From an uncultured Candidatus Saccharibacteria bacterium (GTDB lineage Bacteria; Patescibacteriota; Saccharimonadia; CAILAD01; BJGX01), in the NCBI GenBank assembly GCA_964481235.1, contig CAYZYH010000004.1, positions 2,124 to 66,123 of the forward strand: a DNA stretch of 64,000 bases, in the 5' to 3' direction. Position numbers and translations under genes: made by a program. Shown one piece after another: positions 36,684-46,168 of this stretch. The number at the start of each line of letters is the position of its first letter. The stretch's first letter is position 1. Under the pieces are notes generated by a model. The model did not search any database, had not been told where the DNA came from, and worked only from the letters and a program-made list of their open reading frames with translations.

Positions 36684-38162
36684 ATGAAAAAACCCCCACC
36701 GAAACACATAATTATTGATGGTATTGTCTATGACTCCAACACCGGGGAAGTTGTCGGGCGTTCAAGGGGTGATTCCAAGTTGCTGCCAAAACAAAAACAC
36801 CCTGAGGTGCTAGACCTTCGTACCCCAGAAAGCATTGTAAATCAACCACAGGCTGCCATAAGTAAGAGGCAGGCCCAGCTTTCACTTACAAACCTTCAAA
36901 ACGAGCAAGAATTTTACGATAATAAAAACGCTAAATTAGAAAAATTAAAGGCTACAAAAGACAAACTAAAGAAAAAAATAAAGCTCCACACTAAGCGCAT
37001 AAAAAAATCACTAATATCTCCGGCCACCAAGTCATCTGCCAATAGTTCTGCTAAAAAAACTCCTAAACTGACCTTACAACAAGATTATTTAGAGTTTGTT
37101 TTGGTAAAGTCTATTTGGCCTCCTCCTTTATTTAGTTTGTGGCAAATGAGTCTGGTAAGAACTATTGTCAGTCCGCAGACCTGGCTTCTACTTAGCTTAC
37201 CGGTAATACTTTTGCAACTAAGAATACTACAAAATTTCACTACAAATGAAGTGCTGCAAAAAGCTAAGGGCGTGGTTAGTCCAGACCACTTTTCGGCTCT
37301 AGCATGGTCTGTAGGAGTGACTCTAACGCTATTCTTTTTAGGAGTAATAATTCGTTCAATAATATCAAATGCTGGTATAGCGATAAGGCTCAGACAGATA
37401 GATAATCGAACTTTACACCTTACAACAGCTTTACGCTCGGCAGTTCATTCTATGCTACGACAAGCTATTAACTATCTTTTACACCTGGTTATTATTTGTT
37501 TGGTGACTGCTTTTACTGTATGGGTTGCTATAAATATATTCAACTCGAATAATCATTGGCTAAGTACCAGTAAGTACCAATTAATAGTGTTTCTAGCAGT
37601 AATATGGTTGGTGGTTTTGGTTTTGCTTTATAGTAAACACTGGTTACAGGTAGGGCTTTTGGCGCGTAGTAGTAAGTCTAGTCATCTACAGCTACAAAGT
37701 CTCAAGCTGCTACAAATTAGCCCTTTAAGAAATTTTACCACTGGGTTTTTGGCTATTTGTGGTATTTTCTTGGGTTATAGCTCCATTCTATTGATAGATT
37801 GGCAAATTACTGATTTTTTCATTACTCATGTAAATAGTCCTACAATTTTGGTATTAATTGTTGTAGCAATTTTTACAGTAGTCATACTAACAACCATGCA
37901 GTATTACCAACAAAACACCTGGGCTAGGCAGTACTATTTTGTCGCCTCAAAGGCCATCAATAACCAAGAGTTACTTTATATGGAGCGCGAGAAACCCGCT
38001 AGCCTTTGGCCTTTATTTGTAGCTATTGGTTTTGCTGGGTTTATGGTGGGTCTTTATGCGATAATTGTTATTTGGCAATCCGCTCAAATTAAAGGCGTGT
38101 TGGCAAACTTTCACGCTGAAGTACCAAGTCAAATTAATTTCACTTTACCGGTTAAAGAGTGA
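36684..38162 (+). CDS. Large polytopic membrane protein (492 aa), unknown
   Basis: Lys-rich soluble N-terminus, then about 9 TM helices. Confidence 0.4.
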   Translation: MKKPPPKHIIIDGIVYDSNTGEVVGRSRGDSKLLPKQKHPEVLDLRTPESIVNQPQAAISKRQAQLSLTNLQNEQEFYDNKNAKLEKLKATKDKLKKKIKLHTKRIKKSLISPATKSSANSSAKKTPKLTLQQDYLEFVLVKSIWPPPLFSLWQMSLVRTIVSPQTWLLLSLPVILLQLRILQNFTTNEVLQKAKGVVSPDHFSALAWSVGVTLTLFFLGVIIRSIISNAGIAIRLRQIDNRTLHLTTALRSAVHSMLRQAINYLLHLVIICLVTAFTVWVAINIFNSNNHWLSTSKYQLIVFLAVIWLVVLVLLYSKHWLQVGLLARSSKSSHLQLQSLKLLQISPLRNFTTGFLAICGIFLGYSSILLIDWQITDFFITHVNSPTILVLIVVAIFTVVILTTMQYYQQNTWARQYYFVASKAINNQELLYMEREKPASLWPLFVAIGFAGFMVGLYAIIVIWQSAQIKGVLANFHAEVPSQINFTLPVKE

Positions 38163-38213
38163 GCAATGTATTATTATTTTAATGTATACAAGAGTACCAG
38201 ATATACCAAGGTG

Positions 38214-38243
38214 TTGACAAAAGTAATTTAAAAAAGGTATAAT
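38214..38243 (+). promoter_or_regulatory. Consensus sigma-70 promoter (ttgaca-18 nt-tataat), then a hairpin + T6 (38254-38273), upstream of secE
   Basis: Perfect -35 and -10 hexamers seen directly. A short hairpin/T-tract follows 10 nt later. Possible leader/attenuator or small RNA. Confidence 0.5.
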
Positions 38244-38350
38244 GTTACCAGTTAGCCGCCCTCGGGCTTTTTTAGATTACGAAATATTCTAAAGTATGTA
38301 AAACCTTAGAATAAACCAACAAATCACCTTAAAGTGAGATTATTTCATAG

Positions 38351-38539
38351 ATGAACAAAGTTACTAGCTATTTTTCTGCATCTTATGCAGAACTTAAAAA
38401 AGTTATTTGGCCAAGTCGAAAAACGGCTTTGGTTTTAACAGCAACTGTTATAGTTGGTGCTCTGGCAGTAGGTATTTACCTCACAATTTTGGGTTATGGT
38501 TTTCAGACTATATTACAAAAACTAATTTTTAAATCTTAA
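38351..38539 (+). CDS. secE: Preprotein translocase subunit SecE
   Basis: …YAELKKVIWPSRKTALVLTATVIVGALAVGIYLTILG is the SecE signature. Followed by nusG. Confidence 0.8.
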   Translation: MNKVTSYFSASYAELKKVIWPSRKTALVLTATVIVGALAVGIYLTILGYGFQTILQKLIFKS

Positions 38540-38555
38540 GCTAAGGAAAACCCCA

Positions 38556-39095
38556 ATGAAGCAACAAGACAGCACAAAGGCTTGGTACGTAATTCACACA
38601 TATTCAGGGTATGAAGACCAAGTAGCCGATCAGTTACGACAAAGAATTGAATCACTAGAAATGAAAGACAAGATTTTTGACGTGATTGTACCCAAAGAAA
38701 ATCAGATAGAAATAAAAAATGGTCGTCGTAAAGTAGTAGAGCGAAAGATCTTCCCGGGTTACATAATGGTGCAAATGATAGTCACCGAAGACAGCTGGTT
38801 TGTAGTGAGAAACACCCCCAATGTTACCGGCTTCGTTGGGACCAGCACCACACCATCGCCACTTGACGACTCTGAAGTTAAGTCTATTCAAAAACGTATG
38901 GGTGTAGAAGAACCAAAATACAACATTGACTTTAGTCTTGGCGAACTAGTTGCCATCACAGATGGTCCTTTTAAGGGTTTTGATGCTACAGTAAGCGAAA
39001 TTGATGAGCAAAAGGGTAAGATTAAGGTATTGGTCAGTATGTTTGGACGCGAAACGCCAGTTGAATTAGATAGCTTACAAGTCAAGAAAACTTAA
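38556..39095 (+). CDS. nusG: Transcription termination/antitermination factor NusG
   Basis: NGN domain (WYVIHTYSGYEDQVADQL…KIFPGYIMVQM) and a C-terminal KOW. Confidence 0.9.
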   Translation: MKQQDSTKAWYVIHTYSGYEDQVADQLRQRIESLEMKDKIFDVIVPKENQIEIKNGRRKVVERKIFPGYIMVQMIVTEDSWFVVRNTPNVTGFVGTSTTPSPLDDSEVKSIQKRMGVEEPKYNIDFSLGELVAITDGPFKGFDATVSEIDEQKGKIKVLVSMFGRETPVELDSLQVKKT

Positions 39096-39124
39096 ATTAT
39101 TAGATAACGAAAAGAGTATTTATT

Positions 39125-39553
39125 ATGGCAGCAACAAAAAAAATTAGTGCAAAAGTGAAAATGGTAATTCCAGGCGGTGGTGCAACTCCAGCACCTCCAG
39201 TTGGGTCATCACTAGGCCAACACGGCGTTAATATGATGGATTTCATTAACCCATTCAACGAACAAACTAATGACCGTAAAGGCAAGCCAACCCCAGTTTT
39301 GGTTACTATCTATGAAGACAAAAGTATGACCTTTACTATAAAAGGCACACCCACCACGACCCTTATTAAAGAAGCCCTAAAACTCAAAAAAGCCTCTGGT
39401 GTACCAAATAAAGATAAGGTAGGTAAGCTATCTCAGGCCCAACTTACCCAAATAGCCGAAGAAAAAATGAATGATCTTAACGCTAATGATGTAGAGATGG
39501 CCAAAAAAGTTGTGGCAGGTACGGCACGTAGCATGGGGATAGAAGTAGAGTAG
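39125..39553 (+). CDS. rplK: 50S ribosomal protein L11
   Basis: …KVKMVIPGGGATPAPPVGSSLGQHGVNMMDFINPFNEQT… is an L11 signature. Confidence 0.9.
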   Translation: MAATKKISAKVKMVIPGGGATPAPPVGSSLGQHGVNMMDFINPFNEQTNDRKGKPTPVLVTIYEDKSMTFTIKGTPTTTLIKEALKLKKASGVPNKDKVGKLSQAQLTQIAEEKMNDLNANDVEMAKKVVAGTARSMGIEVE

Positions 39554-39631
39554 CCTTATAAATTTATAAGTAAGATAATTAACAAAGTTAACAAGTGGGA
39601 GACACAAGTCATTAGTACCACAAAGGAGAAA

Positions 39632-40567
39632 ATGATGGCCGACAAAAAAATAAGTAAGAAACTAGAAGACAAGTCTCAAGCAGAAACTCTTGGACAAGAA
39701 TCTAATGAGAAAAGTTCTATATCAGTAACAGCTAAGGCTGGCAAGCATAGTAAAAAAGCAATTGCTGAGGCCGAAGCAAAAGCTAAAAAACAAGAACGGA
39801 AAAAATCTAGTAAAGAGACCAAGGAAGAAGCAAGGCCTAAAATAGTCCAAAAACCCAGAGTTATTAAATATTCTAAAAATCAAAAAGCAGCCCGAGCACT
39901 CGTGGAACCTACTAAATTATATGATATTAAAGAAGCTCTTGAGCTTTTACCTAAACTATCTAAAACTAAGTTTGATGCTACCGCTGAGCTGCATGTTGCA
40001 CTTAGTCTAGATACTAAACAAGCAGATCAAAACCTAAGAACAAGCGCTAGTTTACCAGCCGGTAGTGGTAAGAATGTTAAAATTGCCGTTATTGCTAATG
40101 ATAAAGATTCATCAACGGCAAAAAAATCTGGCGCTGATTTAACCAATGCGCAAGATATATTGACAGCTATTGGTAAAGGTAAATTTGATTTTGATGTGCT
40201 AATTGCTACACCAGAAAAAATGGCCGATCTTGGTCGTCACGCTAAAGTTTTAGGACCAAAAGGGCTTATGCCATCACCCAAAAGTGGTACAGTCACCAAT
40301 AACCCGGCTGCTGTGGTAGAAGAAATTAAAAAAGGTAGAGCTGAGATCAAAAACGACTCTAGTGGCATTGTTCATGTACCATTTGGCAAGCTTAGCTTTA
40401 AAACCACCGATCTAGAAAACAACTTACGCGCAATTTTAAGTGCAATAAAAACCAACAAGCCCAACGGAGTAAAGGGTACGTATATAAAAAGCATCTATGT
40501 AACCTCGTCTATGAGCCCAAGCATTAAGCTCGATCCCGAAGCCGCTTTCAAAGTATACAAAGTTTAA
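39632..40567 (+). CDS. rplA: 50S ribosomal protein L1 with ~80-aa Lys/Ala/Glu-rich N-terminal extension
   Basis: L1 core from …KNQKAARALVEPTKLYDIKEALELL… to the end. No in-frame Met precedes the core, so the extension is encoded. Confidence 0.85.
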   Translation: MMADKKISKKLEDKSQAETLGQESNEKSSISVTAKAGKHSKKAIAEAEAKAKKQERKKSSKETKEEARPKIVQKPRVIKYSKNQKAARALVEPTKLYDIKEALELLPKLSKTKFDATAELHVALSLDTKQADQNLRTSASLPAGSGKNVKIAVIANDKDSSTAKKSGADLTNAQDILTAIGKGKFDFDVLIATPEKMADLGRHAKVLGPKGLMPSPKSGTVTNNPAAVVEEIKKGRAEIKNDSSGIVHVPFGKLSFKTTDLENNLRAILSAIKTNKPNGVKGTYIKSIYVTSSMSPSIKLDPEAAFKVYKV

Positions 40568-40587
40568 GAGTATTAGTATTAAACTAA

Positions 40588-40617
40588 AAAACCAACCTCA
40601 TCAGGGTTGGTTTTTTA
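40588..40617 (+). terminator. Intrinsic terminator after rplA
   Basis: aaccaacc-tcatcagg-gttggtt + T6. Confidence 0.6.
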
Positions 40618-40707
40618 GTGAGGATCAAAACTCTCACGGTTGTTGTTGAGTTCTTTTGTCTGGTATGCTGTAAAAAGACTTAGTACCTTTAAAGTATTGG
40701 AGAAAAA

Positions 40708-41334
40708 GTGGCGATTGAAGCCGGAATTTTTTCAAATAAATCTGTCTTTAGTGAAAGATTTATAGACGACCATCAACTTCTAAAACAAAAAGTAGAACAT
40801 ATGAAGGGTATAGGCTTAAGAATAGTCTTAACCTCAGGGTCTTTCGACTTTTTCCACCTAGGCCACGCGCTTTATTTAGAAAAAGCTCGAGAATATGGTG
40901 ACTTACTAATTGTTGGTGTTGATAGTGACAACAAAGTTCGTGCACGAAAAGGCAGCAATCGTCCGCTATACCCCCAGGATGAGCGCTTACAGATTCTTGT
41001 ACGACAAAGATCGGTTGATATTGTAACACTAAAAAATATTGATGATGAGCACTGGCGTTTAATAAAGTGGGTACGCCCAGATGTTTTAATTGCTACTCAA
41101 GAAACATACTCACCAGAAGAAGTAGCGCAACTGTCGCAGTGGTGCGGTGAAGTAGTTGTACTTGAGCCACAGGCTCAAACATCTACAAGCAAGCGTCTGC
41201 GAGATCTTAATATTGAGCTAGGTGCTGAAATTTCTGAAGCTTTGAGTAAGGCGATGCCCGAACTAGTGGAACGCGTTATTCGTGACGCAACCGGTAGGCA
41301 TGATAAGGGCGATGCTAAGGATAATCGATCATGA
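40708..41334 (+). CDS. Cytidylyltransferase-superfamily nucleotidyltransferase (HxGH motif; RfaE domain II/TagD-like)
   Basis: GTG start. …VLTSGSFDFFHLGHALYLEKAREYGDLLIVGVDSDNKVRARKGSNRPLYPQDERLQIL… carries the (T/H)xGH nucleotidyltransferase signature. Confidence 0.6.
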   Translation: MAIEAGIFSNKSVFSERFIDDHQLLKQKVEHMKGIGLRIVLTSGSFDFFHLGHALYLEKAREYGDLLIVGVDSDNKVRARKGSNRPLYPQDERLQILVRQRSVDIVTLKNIDDEHWRLIKWVRPDVLIATQETYSPEEVAQLSQWCGEVVVLEPQAQTSTSKRLRDLNIELGAEISEALSKAMPELVERVIRDATGRHDKGDAKDNRS

Positions 41335-42173
41335 ATGAAGCTGTTATTCTTTACTGCCCAGTTCTACACGAAGGCTACATCCGATTCTTAAAAAAGCACA
41401 AAAACGGATTAGTTTACGTACTTGGTGATAGTTTCTTATCTCAACATAGAGATATCGTTAAAGACATCAGAGCTGTTAGCCCAGAAGAAGTTACTGTAGC
41501 GCTAAGTGCTCTGTTTGCAGATAGGCAAGTTATTATTCTAGAAGCAGACAACGAATCGCTAATAAGTAGCTTAAACTCAAATCGTTGGGTGTTACATATG
41601 CCTAACGAGGTACTAATGCAAGATTTAGCGGCCGAGTTCTTTACTGAAGCCAATATTGAGTTTGATACAATTTTTTTACGATGGGATAGTAAGAACTCAA
41701 CTGCTCAAACTCCTGTCTATACAGAAAAGGTAATAGATGTTAGTACCTTTACTCGTGAATGGATGTACAATGCATATAGATTCGCTGAAAAAAGTGCAGA
41801 CTGGTGGAGGCAAGTTGGTGCAGTCGCAATCACACCTTCTAATGAGATCTTGTCGGCTTATAATCAGCATGTACCTTATGAACTGATGCCCTATATTAAT
41901 GGCGACCCTAGATCTTCATTCAAAAAAGGTATCAATATTGAGCTAAGTACCGTACTGCATGCCGAAACAAGATTGATTGCTGAGGCAGCAAGACTAGGGG
42001 TTTGCTTAGACGGCGCTGAGTTATTTACCACAACCTTTCCATGCCCATGGTGTGCTAAAGTTGTTGCTTACAGTGGTATAAGACGTATCTACTTTGTCGA
42101 AGGCTATACTATGCTTGACGCCGAAAGCATCCTCAAAAGTCAAGGCATAGATATTGTAAAAGTCGAGATTTAA
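41331..42173 (+). CDS. dCMP/cytidine deaminase-fold protein with ~150-aa N-terminal extra domain
   Basis: C-terminal zinc-deaminase motifs HAETRLIAEAA… and …FPCPWCAKVV (HAE…PCxxC). N-terminal half unrecognised. Confidence 0.65.
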   Translation: MNEAVILYCPVLHEGYIRFLKKHKNGLVYVLGDSFLSQHRDIVKDIRAVSPEEVTVALSALFADRQVIILEADNESLISSLNSNRWVLHMPNEVLMQDLAAEFFTEANIEFDTIFLRWDSKNSTAQTPVYTEKVIDVSTFTREWMYNAYRFAEKSADWWRQVGAVAITPSNEILSAYNQHVPYELMPYINGDPRSSFKKGINIELSTVLHAETRLIAEAARLGVCLDGAELFTTTFPCPWCAKVVAYSGIRRIYFVEGYTMLDAESILKSQGIDIVKVEI

Positions 42174-42206
42174 AAAGCCCCCTACTTAATTGTAGGGGGC
42201 TTGTTT
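42174..42206. terminator. Bidirectional hairpin terminator between convergent genes
   Basis: aagccccctac-ttaatt-gtagggggctt flanked by A/T runs on both sides. Confidence 0.6.
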
Positions 42207-43165
42207 TCTTGTTTTATCGAACTCATTTTGAATCTAATAGGACGGTGTTCTGGGTTATGTACGTCACCAACTTTTAACTGGGCGTGAAGGTGAGCTACAC
42301 TACCTCCGGTATGCCACATTTGACCAAAGCGCATACCAAGAGCACCGAAATCTAGATTGTATTGATTAATGATTTTTGCAATAACAACGCCAAAATCTTT
42401 TTGAGACTCATAAGTCAGAAGTTCAAAAGACATTACATGCTCTTTTGGTATTAACAAAAGATCTATTAGGGCTCCACTGTAAGGGTTGTCGTTTGGCGTA
42501 ACTACCCAGTGATGTGTATCAAAAACTACTGACGAATCGTGATACCAATCTAGCCACTCCGGACAAAACGGGCAGAGGCCGTCTTGAAGAATTTGCTCCA
42601 TCTTTTCTGTTTGATCATCAAAACGTGATGCAGGAAGGTACACCAAAGGAGTGTATTCTTCATCTTGAGATCTTTTTAGATACTCTACTATAGCAAAGTT
42701 TGTATCTGTAAGATCGTCCCTGAGTCGTTGTGTATATTCAACCTTCCAAACTTCTGGATCAATTATTGGGAAATATGCTATATCTTGGTGTCTATCAGTA
42801 TCAATATAGACATCCACTAATGTAATCATTAACCTATCGGCCACCCCATGTCTAATGGCTTCATCATAGACCTCTGAACCACCAATAATGAAGATGTTAT
42901 CTGAGTTAGACATCAGCAATGCATCTTCTAGGGTGGCAGCAGTTTCTACTCCTGCCGTCTCAAACTCGGCGTTTCGAGTTAAGACGATGTTTTGCCTATC
43001 AGGCAGTGCACTACCAATAGAGTCGAATGTTTTCCTACCCATTATGACAGTGCCATTAGTTGTCAGTATTTTAAATCTCTTTAAATCTTCTGACAAATGC
43101 CAGGGCAAATGTCCGTCTACACCAATTACGCTGTTTCTAGAACGTGCAGCAATTAGCGTGATCAT
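42182..43165 (-). CDS. folA: Dihydrofolate reductase fused to a C-terminal GalT/HIT-superfamily-like domain
   Basis: N-terminal 160 aa is DHFR (MITLIAARSRNSVIGVDGHLPWHLSEDLKRFKILTTNGTVIMGRKTF…IFIIGGSEVY). C-terminal 160 aa has CPFCPE (CxxC), …HHW… and …VAHLHAQL… (HxHxQ), like GalT-branch HIT nucleotidyl-transferases/phosphorylases. Confidence 0.7.
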   Translation of the reverse strand: MITLIAARSRNSVIGVDGHLPWHLSEDLKRFKILTTNGTVIMGRKTFDSIGSALPDRQNIVLTRNAEFETAGVETAATLEDALLMSNSDNIFIIGGSEVYDEAIRHGVADRLMITLVDVYIDTDRHQDIAYFPIIDPEVWKVEYTQRLRDDLTDTNFAIVEYLKRSQDEEYTPLVYLPASRFDDQTEKMEQILQDGLCPFCPEWLDWYHDSSVVFDTHHWVVTPNDNPYSGALIDLLLIPKEHVMSFELLTYESQKDFGVVIAKIINQYNLDFGALGMRFGQMWHTGGSVAHLHAQLKVGDVHNPEHRPIRFKMSSIKQENKPPTIK

Positions 43166-43167
43166 AT

Positions 43168-44091
43168 TTAGACCGCCACCGGAATTCCGGCAATTGCCGG
43201 GTGCGGGTCGTATTCATTTAACACAAATAAGTCGCCGTGAAGTTTATGAACAAGACCACTATCGTGTGGCGTTGGTGGTACAAAGTCTCCGATGCCGTCA
43301 ACCAGTTGCATAGTAGGTAAGCGACGTGGCTTGCGAGACAACATCTCCTCGACCATATTTACCTGATCCTCGTAGATGTGGGCGTTTACAATTGTATGTA
43401 CATATTGACCCGGTGTGTAACCGAGTATTCTGCATAGTAACAATTGAAGAGCTGCATACTGCACCATGTTCGATGGTACCCCTACAGGCACATCGCCAGA
43501 TCGTTGGGTCATGTGTAGATGGAGTTTGTCGCCAATCACAGTTACTTGTACCCAGCCATGACAAGGGGCTATAGTTGCTTTATTAATTCTGCCCGAGTCA
43601 CGTGCTAGCCAAGCACCATACCACGGACTAACAACGTGAGTTTTGTCGTATGGAAACTCAGTAATCTGTTGCACCAAGTGTGCAAATTGATCGTATGTTT
43701 GGCCGGCTTCATCGGGCCAATCGTGAAACATAGCTCCATAGCTTGCTGGACCTATATCGCCAGTTTTTAGTCCGCGCTTTGCGCACTTCTCTTCGGTCAC
43801 CCAATCGCCCCACCAATCACAACCCCAGGCTGCAAAATCTTCGGCGGTACGCACTCCATTAATCATAGCGCCAAGCTCGTTAATAGGTTTCCGCCAAAAT
43901 CCTATTTTCCGCTCGGTAATGAGCGGAAAGCCATCACTTAGTAGATCGAATCGCATCTGCATACCCGTACACACTTTTGTACGTGGTCCTTGACGAGTGG
44001 TTGTCCACTCACCATTTCCTAAAATGAATTCAAGCAAAAATCGATATTGCGAATTCATTATGCGTTCGTCTTTATATTTAAAGTCTGACAT
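43168..44091 (-). CDS. thyA: Thymidylate synthase (ThyA family; dUMP-specific by conserved Asn)
   Basis: Nucleophile motif …IAPCHGWVQV… and …QRSGDVPVGVPSNMVQYAAL… (Asn retained). Full-length ThyA fold with an N-terminal extension. Coding GC is visibly higher than neighbours. Confidence 0.8.
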   Translation of the reverse strand: MSDFKYKDERIMNSQYRFLLEFILGNGEWTTTRQGPRTKVCTGMQMRFDLLSDGFPLITERKIGFWRKPINELGAMINGVRTAEDFAAWGCDWWGDWVTEEKCAKRGLKTGDIGPASYGAMFHDWPDEAGQTYDQFAHLVQQITEFPYDKTHVVSPWYGAWLARDSGRINKATIAPCHGWVQVTVIGDKLHLHMTQRSGDVPVGVPSNMVQYAALQLLLCRILGYTPGQYVHTIVNAHIYEDQVNMVEEMLSRKPRRLPTMQLVDGIGDFVPPTPHDSGLVHKLHGDLFVLNEYDPHPAIAGIPVAV

Positions 44092-44185
44092 TATGTTACA
44101 GCTTTCTGTGAAGGTCCACCTGTTTTTCAGGTCTGTTAGATGATACTACAAGACCAACTAATCTGCAAAGTGATATAATCAAACT

Positions 44186-45433
44186 ATGAACAAACTATTT
44201 GAGATTACTCAGGCCGAAACAAAACGCCAAAAGAGTACTCTCAATCTTATTGCCGCCGAAAATTATCCTAGTCCTAAAACTTTAGAGTTGCTAGGGAGTC
44301 TGTGGAACGACAAATATGCTGAAGGGTATCCTGGTAAACGTTATTATGGCGGTAACGTAAATGCCGATACGCTAGAAGAATTTGTTTGTCAAAAAGCTCT
44401 AGATGTTTTTGACAGCACTGGCGAGTATGGCGTAAACGTTCAGCCGCTATCTGGTAGCCCAGCCAATGCTACGGTGTATCTTACAGTTTTAGAGCCCGGC
44501 GATACTGTATTGAGTCTCAATCTCGCTAGCGGTGGACACCTAAGTCATATGCACGCTACCAGTAACTGGCTGAAGTTTTTTAAGTACGCCAACTATAGTC
44601 TGTTAAGTAGAAAAAACGGTTCAGGCATTGACGAGGCTGATTTTGTAGCCAAGCTCAAAGAGCATAAACCACGACTAACCATAATTGGGTTTAGCTCGTA
44701 CCCACGCAAGTATGAATTCACCAAACTATGTAAGTTAGCTCACGATGCTGGTTCACTTGTTTTGGCCGACATATCACATATTGCTGGGTTGGTAGCTACT
44801 GGCTTGCACGATAGTCCTTTCAAAAAAGACGGCGAAGGAGCCGATTTTGTAACTACCACCACCCACAAGACCTTGCGTGGCCCGCGCTCTGCACTTATTT
44901 TTGCCAAACACGAGTATATGCCTGCTATTAATAAAACCATTTTCCCTGGTACTTCGGGTGGACCACATCTTAATCAAATAGCTGCAGTCGGCCAGAGTCT
45001 ACTAGAAGTATTGGGTGAAGATAAGTATCCCGATAAAAAGCCTTTTAAGGATTATGCCGCGCAGGTAATTACTAACACCAAGGCACTTGAAAACGGCCTA
45101 GTAAAAATTGGTGTAGAGATGGTTTCGCCCACCCAAAACCATCTTTGCCTGGTAAAAGTACCAGGAAATATTGATAGTTTAGAGCTACAGAACAAGCTAG
45201 AAAATCTTGGCATTGTTACCAATCGCAATGCGGTACCAAATGATACTAATTCACCTTGGCGCCCAGGAGGTCTGCGGTTAGGTTGTGCTGCGTTGACTTC
45301 ACGTGGTCTAAGCACCCAGCAAGCTGAAGAGTTGGGCGAGTTGATAGGTAATATTATGACAAACGAGATAGATAACCTTAAAGCTAAAAAGATAGTTGGT
45401 AATATTCTTCAGTCGCTAAAATGGTACTATTAG
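44186..45433 (+). CDS. glyA: Serine hydroxymethyltransferase
   Basis: …LNLIAAENYPSPKTLELLGSLWNDKYAEGYPGKRYYGG… and the PLP-lysine region …TTTTHKTLRGPR…. Confidence 0.9.
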   Translation: MNKLFEITQAETKRQKSTLNLIAAENYPSPKTLELLGSLWNDKYAEGYPGKRYYGGNVNADTLEEFVCQKALDVFDSTGEYGVNVQPLSGSPANATVYLTVLEPGDTVLSLNLASGGHLSHMHATSNWLKFFKYANYSLLSRKNGSGIDEADFVAKLKEHKPRLTIIGFSSYPRKYEFTKLCKLAHDAGSLVLADISHIAGLVATGLHDSPFKKDGEGADFVTTTTHKTLRGPRSALIFAKHEYMPAINKTIFPGTSGGPHLNQIAAVGQSLLEVLGEDKYPDKKPFKDYAAQVITNTKALENGLVKIGVEMVSPTQNHLCLVKVPGNIDSLELQNKLENLGIVTNRNAVPNDTNSPWRPGGLRLGCAALTSRGLSTQQAEELGELIGNIMTNEIDNLKAKKIVGNILQSLKWYY

Positions 45434-45439
45434 CGCTTG

Positions 45440-45616
45440 ACCAATCAATTATTTCTTGATACACTAGTACTCGATTACCAAAGACTGTAGCAGTAAGCGA
45501 AGTTTTACTTAATTAGCTACACGAGGCAAAAATACTTTTTTAAGCTATCTTTGGAATCTCCAAAGATTTTTTTGTTGGTTAATCACGCACATTAAATAAA
45601 GGAAAGGAAGTAACTT
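45440..45616 (+). promoter_or_regulatory. rplJ (L10) leader region with attenuator-like hairpin + T-tract
   Basis: Long untranslated leader containing ctttggaatctccaaag + attttttt immediately upstream of rplJ. Confidence 0.4.
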
Positions 45617-46144
45617 ATGGCCAAAACCCGCGATCAAAAAGAACAAACGGTTGCAGAGCTAACCGAAGCTTTTAATTCAAACAAGTTAGCTGTGATGGCT
45701 GATTACCGTGGCTTAGATGTGCCAGCTATATCGGCCTTGCGTGCCAACTTGCGAGAGAACAATGCACGTTTTACAGTGGCAAAAAATAGCTTAGTAAAAA
45801 TTGCGCTAAATAATTCTCATCTCAATGTTGAAGATACAACTATGTTGGTGGGGCCCGTAGGTATTGCGTTCTCTAAAGACGAAGTAGGTGCAGCCAAAAT
45901 CGTATTTGATTTTGCTAAGACTAACGAAGCCCTAGAAATAGTTGGCGGAATTGACGAAGACGGTAACGCATTAAGTCGAGACGATATAGTGGCGCTTGCC
46001 AAGCTGCCATCCAAAGAGCAATTACTTGCCCAAACTGTCGGTACCATAGCTGCACCACTTAGTGGTTTTATGAGAGTACTAAATGGTAACCTAAGTGGAC
46101 TCGTATACGCCCTAAAAGCAATTCAAGAGAAAAAAACAACTTAA
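45617..46144 (+). CDS. rplJ: 50S ribosomal protein L10
   Basis: MAKTRDQKEQTVAELTEAFNSNKLAVMADYRGLDVPAISALRANLRE… is an L10 signature. Confidence 0.9.
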   Translation: MAKTRDQKEQTVAELTEAFNSNKLAVMADYRGLDVPAISALRANLRENNARFTVAKNSLVKIALNNSHLNVEDTTMLVGPVGIAFSKDEVGAAKIVFDFAKTNEALEIVGGIDEDGNALSRDDIVALAKLPSKEQLLAQTVGTIAAPLSGFMRVLNGNLSGLVYALKAIQEKKTT

Positions 46145-46168
46145 AACTTAATTTAAAGGAGAAACATT

